A stretch of DNA of 64,000 nt from Eubacteriales bacterium (GTDB taxonomy: Bacteria > Bacillota > Clostridia > Saccharofermentanales > DTU023), in NCBI GenBank assembly GCA_030532065.1, contig JAUNLW010000001.1:240132-304131 (forward strand), in the 5' to 3' direction. Every line of letters begins with the position of its first letter. Position 1 is the stretch's first letter. Position numbers and translations under genes: made by a program. Under the pieces are notes generated by a model, which was not told the origin of the DNA, ran no database searches, and saw only the letters and a program-made list of their open reading frames with translations. Below are positions 57,251 through 64,000 of this stretch, piece after piece.

Positions 57251-57965
57251 GCCTCTGCCAGCTGTCTTACGCCAGTACCACCTGGGCTGGCAAATGGTTT
57301 TCCGCCCGGTCTGGGGTTTGGGGCAGCTGCTGTTTCGCCCGCGATATCAGGGACTTGACCTGCTGCCTAAAGAAGGGCCTTATATCCTGGCGGGTAATCA
57401 TCAGAGTAACTTTGACGTGATTCTGGTCCATGCCGCCATGCCTCAAGCGGTGCGTTGGGTGGCCAAAGCAGAACTTTTTAATACACCCCTGATATCTCAC
57501 GCGGCGCGCACCTTGGAAGCCATTCCTTTAGATCGTTCTCGCGCGGATATAGCCGCGGTGAAGTCGATCCGTTCAAGTTTAAAAGAAGGCAGGGTAGTGG
57601 GTATATTTCCTCAGGCTACGCGGGTAAAGGAAAAAGATTTAGCAAATAAGCTGCCGCCCGATTCAGTTATCCGTCTTCTGGCTCGCTCCAAAGTGCCGAT
57701 CCTTCCCTTTGCCATCCAAGTGCCACTTAAACCATTCCGCAAGACGCAAGTGGTTTTTGGTCGGCCCTTTTATTTAGCGCCTGAGGCAGCAAAAAAACCG
57801 AAAGAAGCCAAACACTATTTAATGGCAAAAATATTCCAGCTGCTTGACAGGCCACCGGACTTGCCCTTGGAGGAGTGGCTTGCCGGAGGGTGTGATTTGG
57901 AGCTTATAAGTGAAAATAAACGTTCGACAGACATTATTGACAGAGAAAAAGAAGGTGAGAGTTGA
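57246..57965 (+). CDS. plsC: 1-acyl-sn-glycerol-3-phosphate acyltransferase
   Basis: It has the HX4D motif NHQSNFD and the FPQATR block. ATG 57246 overlaps the cmk stop. Confidence 0.82.
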   Translation, partial: CRPLPAVLRQYHLGWQMVFRPVWGLGQLLFRPRYQGLDLLPKEGPYILAGNHQSNFDVILVHAAMPQAVRWVAKAELFNTPLISHAARTLEAIPLDRSRADIAAVKSIRSSLKEGRVVGIFPQATRVKEKDLANKLPPDSVIRLLARSKVPILPFAIQVPLKPFRKTQVVFGRPFYLAPEAAKKPKEAKHYLMAKIFQLLDRPPDLPLEEWLAGGCDLELISENKRSTDIIDREKEGES

Positions 57966-57970
57966 CAACC

Positions 57971-60508
57971 ATGAATAACGCATGGAAAAGAGTGACAGAT
58001 TGCAATTTGGATATAAAAATCGCAGAGTCGGCCGGCTTTTGCCCCGGCGTCAAGCGGGCAGTGGACCAGGCTTGGGAGCTGACGAAGATTAAAGATCTGC
58101 CGCTTTATATGTACGGAGAAATTGTCCATAATGAGCAAGTGGTCCAGGAATTGCTGGACCAAGGGTTTCAGCTGGCGCACAGTCCAGAAGAAGTAAGCGC
58201 TCCAGGTATTTGCCTGATTCGGGCTCATGGAATACGTATTGAAGAAGAACTGGCTCTAATAGAAAAAGGCGTGGAGCTGGTTGACTGTACCTGTGGTTGG
58301 GTCAAGCGCCTACATGAGCTGGCTACTAGCTGCAAAGAAGAGGGCGATTGTCTAATCCTCTGTGGTGACCCTAAGCACCCGGAGATGCAGGGAATTTTAT
58401 CTCGGGCGAGTAAAGATACGCTGGTAATAGACAGCCTGGAGCAGGCAGAAGCTATATCCGATGAAGGAAAATCTTATATTTTAGCTGCGCAAACCACTTT
58501 TCCCGCGGTAATATTCAAAAAAATCACAAAAAGCTTGCAAACAAGCCTGTCCAAGTTAAAAATATTTGATACAATATGCTTTACAACTGCAAGAAGGCAA
58601 GAAGAAGCCCGGCTTATCGCTGAGAGTTCTGACTTAGTGTTGGTCTTGGGAGGAGCGCATAGTTCCAATACCAATAAATTGCTGAGCATCTGCCGCCAGG
58701 CTTGTAGTGAAACATATTTAATTCAACGGCCGGACCAAGTCCTCGCCATTGCTGAAGGCAGGGACTTGCGACAGATGCGAATCGGAATAACAGCAGGAGC
58801 GTCAACACCGGAACGTATGATCAGGGAGGTTACTTACGTAATGACAGAAAATCAAGACTTCAGCGCAGTAAAAGATGAAGAAAAAACTGTAGCAGCTGAA
58901 AGCCAAGAAGTGGCTGAGGAGCTCAGCACTGAGCCTCTGAAAACAGAGGAAACCGGTATTGACACAGCAGAGCAAGCTAAGCATGAAACCGCCGCGCCGG
59001 CAGGGAAAAAAGATGACGAAGAAGAATTCAGTTTCTCCGACTATATTGAAGGCATTCCCCAACTGAAGCGTGGCGCTGTTGTTAAGGGCACCATCGTTCG
59101 TTACGATGACGAGTACGTCTATGTGGACGTTAAAGACAAGTCCGAAGGCAAGGTGCCCCGTCACGAGTTCGTGGATGATCCTGACTTTGACTTAGATAAA
59201 GCTATCGCTAACCATGAGCAAGTAGAAGTTTATGTCCGCCACATCAAGAATACTGATATGGGCAAGGAAATTTCTCTGTCCAAGGCCAGAGTAGACTTCG
59301 AGCGCCACAAAGAAGTTATCCGCAAGGCTTTTGAAGAGCAAACTCCTATTGCCTGCAAAGTTACCAATATCGTTAAAGACGGTGTTATTGCCAGTTATGG
59401 CAGTGTAGATCTCTACATCCACCGTACTCAACTGGAACTCAGAGCCGTGGAAGATCTGGAACCCTATCGTGGCCAGACCTTAGAAGTTTTAGTTACCCAA
59501 TTTGACCCCTACCGCAGAAGACTCAGAGTCAGCGGTTCTCGCCGCGCTTTATTACAAGCTGAGCGCGCCGAAAAAGCTAAAGAACTGTGGGCCAACATTG
59601 AAGTCGGTAAAGAGTATGAGGGTGTTGTACGCAGCCTGACCTCTTTCGGTGCCTTCGTGGACATTGGTGGTGTAGATGGCTTAGTACACGTTTCCGAACT
59701 TTCCTGGAAACGCATCAAGCATCCTTCAGAAGTCGTACAGGTTGGCGATCATCTCAAGGTATTCGTACTGGATTACGAGCAGGAAAAAGACCGTATTTCT
59801 CTGGGCTACAGAAGACCGGAAAACGATCCTTACTACAATATTGAAGAGCGCTTCCCTCAGGGAAGTATTGTTCGCGGTATCGTAGTACGCATGTTCCCCT
59901 TTGGCGCATTCGTAGAGATCGCCCCCGGCGTAGATGCCCTTTGCCACGTGTCTCAAATCTCTACCTACCATCTGAATCATCCTGAAGATGTACTCCAGGT
60001 AGGTATGGAAGTAGATGCAAGAGTGCTTTCCGTAAGTGATAAGGAACGCAAGATCTCTATCAGCATCAAAGATGTAGAGCCTATCGATCCTGCAAATCCT
60101 GAGGATTTCATTCAGCACAAGCCTCGCGAAAACCGTGGCCGTGACGAAGATAACTCCGAGCGCCCTCGCAGAGAGAGACGTTCTCGTCAGGACAACCGCG
60201 ATCGCAATCGTGACCGTTCCGGCACTAACTATGTAGACTCCACCGGTGGATCTTCCCTGGCTTCCTTAGCTAACGTGACAGTTTCCAGTGAAGCCGGTGC
60301 CGAACTGGTAGAAGCTCTGAGAGAGCAAGAAGAAGCTGCTGAAGCCAAAGCTAAGGAAGAAGCTGAAGCCAAGAAGGCTGAGGAGATCGCTGCTCGCAAG
60401 GCAGCAGAAGCAGAAGCCAAGGCTAAAGCCGAAGCAGAAGAAGCTGCTCAAGCTGCAGAGGCTGAGGCAACTGAAGAACAGGCTGAAGAAGCCCAACCTG
60501 AAGCCTAA
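57971..60508 (+). CDS. ispH: Bifunctional 4-hydroxy-3-methylbut-2-enyl diphosphate reductase (IspH) / 30S ribosomal protein S1 fusion, with an Ala/Glu/Lys-rich tail
   Basis: The three IspH cysteine blocks are GFCPGVKRAV, DCTCGWVKRLH and DTICFTTARRQ. Four S1 repeats follow (e.g. GVVRSLTSFGAFVDIGGVDGLVHVSELS). The last ~90 aa are an EAKA-type low-complexity tail. Confidence 0.9.
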   Translation: MNNAWKRVTDCNLDIKIAESAGFCPGVKRAVDQAWELTKIKDLPLYMYGEIVHNEQVVQELLDQGFQLAHSPEEVSAPGICLIRAHGIRIEEELALIEKGVELVDCTCGWVKRLHELATSCKEEGDCLILCGDPKHPEMQGILSRASKDTLVIDSLEQAEAISDEGKSYILAAQTTFPAVIFKKITKSLQTSLSKLKIFDTICFTTARRQEEARLIAESSDLVLVLGGAHSSNTNKLLSICRQACSETYLIQRPDQVLAIAEGRDLRQMRIGITAGASTPERMIREVTYVMTENQDFSAVKDEEKTVAAESQEVAEELSTEPLKTEETGIDTAEQAKHETAAPAGKKDDEEEFSFSDYIEGIPQLKRGAVVKGTIVRYDDEYVYVDVKDKSEGKVPRHEFVDDPDFDLDKAIANHEQVEVYVRHIKNTDMGKEISLSKARVDFERHKEVIRKAFEEQTPIACKVTNIVKDGVIASYGSVDLYIHRTQLELRAVEDLEPYRGQTLEVLVTQFDPYRRRLRVSGSRRALLQAERAEKAKELWANIEVGKEYEGVVRSLTSFGAFVDIGGVDGLVHVSELSWKRIKHPSEVVQVGDHLKVFVLDYEQEKDRISLGYRRPENDPYYNIEERFPQGSIVRGIVVRMFPFGAFVEIAPGVDALCHVSQISTYHLNHPEDVLQVGMEVDARVLSVSDKERKISISIKDVEPIDPANPEDFIQHKPRENRGRDEDNSERPRRERRSRQDNRDRNRDRSGTNYVDSTGGSSLASLANVTVSSEAGAELVEALREQEEAAEAKAKEEAEAKKAEEIAARKAAEAEAKAKAEAEEAAQAAEAEATEEQAEEAQPEA

Positions 60509-60545
60509 CTTTCACCGCATTGTGAAACTTAATAAATTTAACAAG

Positions 60546-60574
60546 GCAGGTTCTGCGGGACCTGCTTTTTCTTT
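60546..60574 (+). terminator. Terminator after ispH-rpsA
   Basis: GCAGGT-TCTGCGGG-ACCTGC is followed by TTTTTCTTT. Confidence 0.7.
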
Positions 60575-60609
60575 ATGAATAATTAACTTATTAGAGAGGC
60601 ACTTTTTAC

Positions 60610-60638
60610 TTGCAGAATAGGAGCCAAGATGCTAGACT
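60610..60638 (+). promoter_or_regulatory. Candidate rpsB-tsf promoter
   Basis: TTGCAG (60610-15), a 17-nt spacer ending in TGc, then TAGACT (60633-38). It leaves a ~90-nt leader. Confidence 0.55.
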
Positions 60639-60732
60639 CTAATCTGTTTGACAACGCACGGGGAGTATGCCTGTTCTCGAGCTAGTTTTTGCTTTGAGCT
60701 GGACTTCCCGGAGGAAAAAACAGGAGGAAAAT

Positions 60733-61527
60733 ATGTCAGTAATTTCAATGAAAAGTCTACTTGAGTCCGGTGTGCATTTTGGTCACCAAACTCGCCGCTG
60801 GAATCCTAAGATGAAAGAGTATATCTTCACGGATCGCAATGGTATCTACATTGTGGACCTGGAGAAAACCGTTAAGATGGTAGACACTGCCTACGCCTTC
60901 TTGCGTGATCTTTCCCTGAAGGGTGGCTCTGTACTCTTTGTTGGCACCAAGAAGCAAGCAAAAGACGCTATCCAGGAAGAGGCTGAACGCTGCAACCAGT
61001 TCTACATCAATAATCGCTGGCTGGGCGGTACTTTAACTAACTTTAAGACCATCAGCAGCCGTATTCGTCGCATGAAAGAGCTTGAAGAAATGTCTGTTAA
61101 TGGCACTTTTGACGCTCTGCCCAAGAAGGAAGTTGCTAAACTCAATCTGGAACTGGAGAAGCTGTTAACCAACCTGGGTGGTATTCGTGATATGCAAAGA
61201 TTGCCTGACGCTCTGTTCGTGGTCGATGTCAAAAAAGAGCACCTGGCTGTCAACGAAGCTCAGAAACTCGGTATTCCGGTAGTAGCCATTGTTGATACCA
61301 ACTGTGATCCTGATCCTATCGATTTCGTGATCCCCGGCAACGATGACGCTATCCGTTCCATCAAGCTGATCACAAATACCATGGCCAACGCTATTTTAGA
61401 AGGACGCCAGGGTGTACAGACCGAGCTGCAACAGGCCGCTATGAAGTCTGACAATGCTGCTGAGATGAGCGAAGAAGAAGCCCTCAAGGTCAACGAAGAA
61501 GCTGATCTATCCGGCGAAGACGCATAA
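60733..61527 (+). CDS. rpsB: 30S ribosomal protein S2
   Basis: ATG 60733 follows AGGAGG. The product begins [27 protein letters not shown]. Confidence 0.96.
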   Translation: MSVISMKSLLESGVHFGHQTRRWNPKMKEYIFTDRNGIYIVDLEKTVKMVDTAYAFLRDLSLKGGSVLFVGTKKQAKDAIQEEAERCNQFYINNRWLGGTLTNFKTISSRIRRMKELEEMSVNGTFDALPKKEVAKLNLELEKLLTNLGGIRDMQRLPDALFVVDVKKEHLAVNEAQKLGIPVVAIVDTNCDPDPIDFVIPGNDDAIRSIKLITNTMANAILEGRQGVQTELQQAAMKSDNAAEMSEEEALKVNEEADLSGEDA

Positions 61528-61596
61528 GCCTAAACGCAGAAGTTTTTAAACAGAATTTAAACAAATAGATAAAAGATACTTTCCAAGGAGGGAAAT

Positions 61597-62250
61597 ATGG
61601 CCGACATTGACATTAATTTAATCAAACAGCTTCGTGAAATGACCGGCTCCGGCATGGTTGATGTAAGAAAAGCCCTGGAAGCCACGGATGGAGACCTGGA
61701 CAAAGCAGTTAACTGGCTGCGCGAGAAGGGCATGGCTGGCGCTAGCAAACGCGCCTCCAAAGTTGCTGCTGAAGGCATTGTAGATTCTTATATCCACGGT
61801 GATCGCGTAGGTGTTTTAGTAGAAGTAAACATTGAAACTGACTTCGCAGCCCAAAACGAGAAGTTCAAAGAACTGGTTCACGAAATCTCCATGCAGATCG
61901 CGGCCATGAACCCCAAGTGGGTCAGACGCGAAGAAGTGCCCGAAGAAGTCTTGGAGAATGAGCGCGGCGTTGCTAGAACCCAAGCCCTCAATGAAGGCAA
62001 GCCAGAAAAGATCATTGATCGTATTATCGAAGGTCGTTTAGAGAAATTCTACGAAGCCAACGTTCTGGAAGATCAGCCTTATATCAAAGATGACTCCAAG
62101 ACCATCAGCGATCTGGTAAAAGAGACCATCGCGGTTATCGGCGAGAATATTAGGATCCGTCGCTTCGCTCGTTTCGAAGTTGGCGAAGGTATTGAGAAAA
62201 AGGAAGAAGACTTCCAACAGGAAGTTATGGACCAACTCAACCGCAAGTAA
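61597..62250 (+). CDS. tsf: Elongation factor Ts (short form)
   Basis: It contains IKQLREMTGSGMVDVRKALE..GDLDKAVNWLREKG. Confidence 0.96.
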   Translation: MADIDINLIKQLREMTGSGMVDVRKALEATDGDLDKAVNWLREKGMAGASKRASKVAAEGIVDSYIHGDRVGVLVEVNIETDFAAQNEKFKELVHEISMQIAAMNPKWVRREEVPEEVLENERGVARTQALNEGKPEKIIDRIIEGRLEKFYEANVLEDQPYIKDDSKTISDLVKETIAVIGENIRIRRFARFEVGEGIEKKEEDFQQEVMDQLNRK

Positions 62251-62271
62251 TAATTACCAAGAAACTTTTTC

Positions 62272-62300
62272 AGAGACACGTCAGCCGACGTGTCTCTTTA
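62272..62300 (+). terminator. Hairpin/attenuator between tsf and pyrH
   Basis: AGAGACACGTC-AGCC-GACGTGTCTCT forms an 11-bp perfect stem, then TTTA. The U-tract is weak. Confidence 0.55.
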
Positions 62301-62314
62301 ATATGGGAGTAAAA

Positions 62315-63028
62315 ATGGAAAACAGACGTATATTGCTCAAATTGAGTGGAGAAGCTCTGGCGGGAGAAGCAGGCTTTGGCGTAGATCAACCTGCCCTTGA
62401 GCGAATTTGTCGCGAAGCGGCTAAGATTCAAGACGCTGGTATGGAACTGGCGATTGTAGTAGGCGGTGGCAATTACTGGCGTGGACGGTCCAGCGGAGAC
62501 ATGGACCGGACGGTAGCCGACAATATTGGTATGCTAGCAACCACGATGAACTCACTTGCTATTCAAGACTGTCTCCGACAGGCAGGTTATAAGGCGAAAG
62601 TATTAAGCGCGATCGATATGCCTAAGATTTGTGAGCTCTTCCGCAAGGAGAAAGCTCTGGAGCATATAGCGAATGGCTATATCGTGATCTTAGCTGCCGG
62701 AACAGGTAATCCTTTCTTCTCTACCGACTCCACGGCTGCTCTGCGTGGCGCGGAGTTGGAAGTTGATCTGGTCTTGAAGGCTACGCTGGTGGATGGTTGT
62801 TATGACAAAGACCCCCACCTTTATCCGGACGCGAAAAAGCATGACCGCCTCACTTACGAGCAGATGCTGGCAGATAAACTACAGGTAATAGATGCTACGG
62901 CCGCGGCCTTGCTGGCAGATAATCAACTGGATCTTCGCATCTTTGATATTACTAAAGAAGGCAATATGCTGGCGGCGGCCAAAGGCGAAAAAGTGGGTAC
63001 TTTAGTTTCACCTGCTAAAAAATTGTAG
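62315..63028 (+). CDS. pyrH: UMP kinase
   Basis: ATG 62315 gives MENRRILLKLSGEAL. The ORF-track start at 62180 would overlap tsf. Confidence 0.95.
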   Translation: MENRRILLKLSGEALAGEAGFGVDQPALERICREAAKIQDAGMELAIVVGGGNYWRGRSSGDMDRTVADNIGMLATTMNSLAIQDCLRQAGYKAKVLSAIDMPKICELFRKEKALEHIANGYIVILAAGTGNPFFSTDSTAALRGAELEVDLVLKATLVDGCYDKDPHLYPDAKKHDRLTYEQMLADKLQVIDATAAALLADNQLDLRIFDITKEGNMLAAAKGEKVGTLVSPAKKL

Positions 63029-63084
63029 TCTGGTGAGTAAATAAGCTATAATTTACCACAAGCCAACAGAGCAGGAGGTGCTTT

Positions 63085-63654
63085 ATGAGCATAGAAATTA
63101 CTAAGGCTTCCTATAAACCTTACGAAGACAAGATGAAATCCAGCCTTTCGGTTTTAGAGAGCAATTTTAATACCATCAGAGCAGGACGTGCTAATCCCAA
63201 GCTGTTAGACGGCATTAGCGTCAACTATTACGGCGTAGACACCCCTCTGCAACAGGTAGCCAATGTCCAAGTACCGGAAGCTCGTTCCATCACGATTACC
63301 CCTTGGGAGACCAAGATGCTTTCTGATATTGAGAGAGCCATCCAGGCGGCTAATCTAGGGATCAACCCTTTAAACGACGGCAAATGTATCCGCTTAAATT
63401 TCCCGCCCCTGACCGAAGACAGACGTCGTGAGCTGACCAAGGATGTCAGTAAATTCGGTGAAGAGGCTAAGATAGCTATTCGCCAGATCAGACGTGAGGC
63501 CCTGGAGCAGTATAAGGCTTATGAGAAAGACAGCCAGATCAGTGAAGATGAGTACCGTATCTTCGAGGAAGAGGTACAAAAACTGACTGATACTTACGTG
63601 GAAAAGATCGACGAAGCTGTAGAACGCAAGAACAAAGACGTCATGGAACTATAA
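63085..63654 (+). CDS. frr: Ribosome recycling factor
   Basis: It has FNTIRAGRANPKLLD and LNFPPLTEDRRREL. Confidence 0.96.
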   Translation: MSIEITKASYKPYEDKMKSSLSVLESNFNTIRAGRANPKLLDGISVNYYGVDTPLQQVANVQVPEARSITITPWETKMLSDIERAIQAANLGINPLNDGKCIRLNFPPLTEDRRRELTKDVSKFGEEAKIAIRQIRREALEQYKAYEKDSQISEDEYRIFEEEVQKLTDTYVEKIDEAVERKNKDVMEL

Positions 63655-63666
63655 ACGGCCTTAAGT

Positions 63667-64000
63667 ATGCCGAAAGCGTTACCACAACACTTAGCCATCA
63701 TTATGGATGGCAATGGCCGTTGGGCTAAGTCTAGAGAAGTTGAAGTCACTGAAGGCCATCGCGCAGGTTCTGAGAAGCTGCGCGAGGTAGTTGGTTTTGC
63801 CTTGGACGCAGGTATACCCATTCTGTCGGTCTACGCCTTCTCTACAGAAAACTGGAAACGTTCCGAACAGGAAATCCAGGGCCTGATGAGTCTAATACCG
63901 GTATTTTTTGAGGCCTATAGCGAGGAGCTTTGCGCACAAAAAGTAAAGATCCATTTTGTGGGAGACCTTACAGCTTTGCCTGAGGACGTCCAGAAAATCT
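63667..64000 (+). CDS. uppS: Undecaprenyl diphosphate synthase; 5' portion only, running off the window
   Basis: ATG 63667 gives MPKALPQHLAIIMDGNGRWAKSREV..GHRAG..., which includes the IMDGNGRWA motif. There is no stop before 64000. Confidence 0.9.
   Translation, partial: MPKALPQHLAIIMDGNGRWAKSREVEVTEGHRAGSEKLREVVGFALDAGIPILSVYAFSTENWKRSEQEIQGLMSLIPVFFEAYSEELCAQKVKIHFVGDLTALPEDVQKI

Noticed and set aside
60290-60500. Repetitive GAAGC/GCTGA-rich DNA that could be mistaken for a tandem repeat or array.
   Set aside because: It is in frame within the ispH-rpsA ORF and encodes an Ala/Glu/Lys low-complexity tail. It has no regular repeat-spacer periodicity and is not CRISPR-like.

Overview
This 64-kb window is a densely coding chromosomal segment with about 64 CDS, roughly four fifths of them on the + strand. 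It looks like a Gram-positive, anaerobe-type Firmicutes (Clostridia-like) genome. That taxonomic call rests on gene content only: an IspH-S1 fusion, the L21-Prp-L27 arrangement, CIRCE upstream of groESL, Bcd-EtfBA, ferredoxin and rubredoxin genes, and an LPXTG protein. Most of the window is conserved housekeeping. The recognisable blocks are hflX; trxA; bcd-etfB-etfA; rpmE-prmC-prfA-sua5; rpsF-ssb-rpsR; rplI-dnaB; tilS-hpt-ftsH; murC; rplU-prp-rpmA-obg; groES-groEL; scpA-scpB-cmk-plsC-ispH/rpsA; and rpsB-tsf-pyrH-frr-uppS. I saw no rRNA, tRNA, CRISPR array, transposase/IS or prophage genes. The cis-regulatory elements readable by eye are an FMN riboswitch with its own promoter and terminator upstream of a RibU-like gene, a near-consensus CIRCE operator upstream of groES, several sigma-70-type promoters, and about a dozen intrinsic terminators. 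Two small redox genes, a 56-aa 2x[4Fe-4S] ferredoxin and a 52-aa rubredoxin, are missing from the supplied ORF track. The least ordinary region is 47.1-54.4 kb. It holds a divergent NarL-type response regulator, a 911-aa protein that reads as a solute-binding-like ectodomain plus polytopic membrane region plus degenerate (His-less) kinase module, a translationally coupled bona fide HisKA_3 kinase, and a 689-aa LPXTG surface protein with thioester-domain-like Cys/Gln motifs. Other oddities are an acyl-CoA ligase with a ~300-aa charged coiled-coil tail, an hflX that appears to need a non-canonical start codon, a DUF1538 permease operon with two P-II-like proteins, and a MurE-like ligase with a diverged C-terminal domain. 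All family assignments come from motif recognition by eye; no searches were run.
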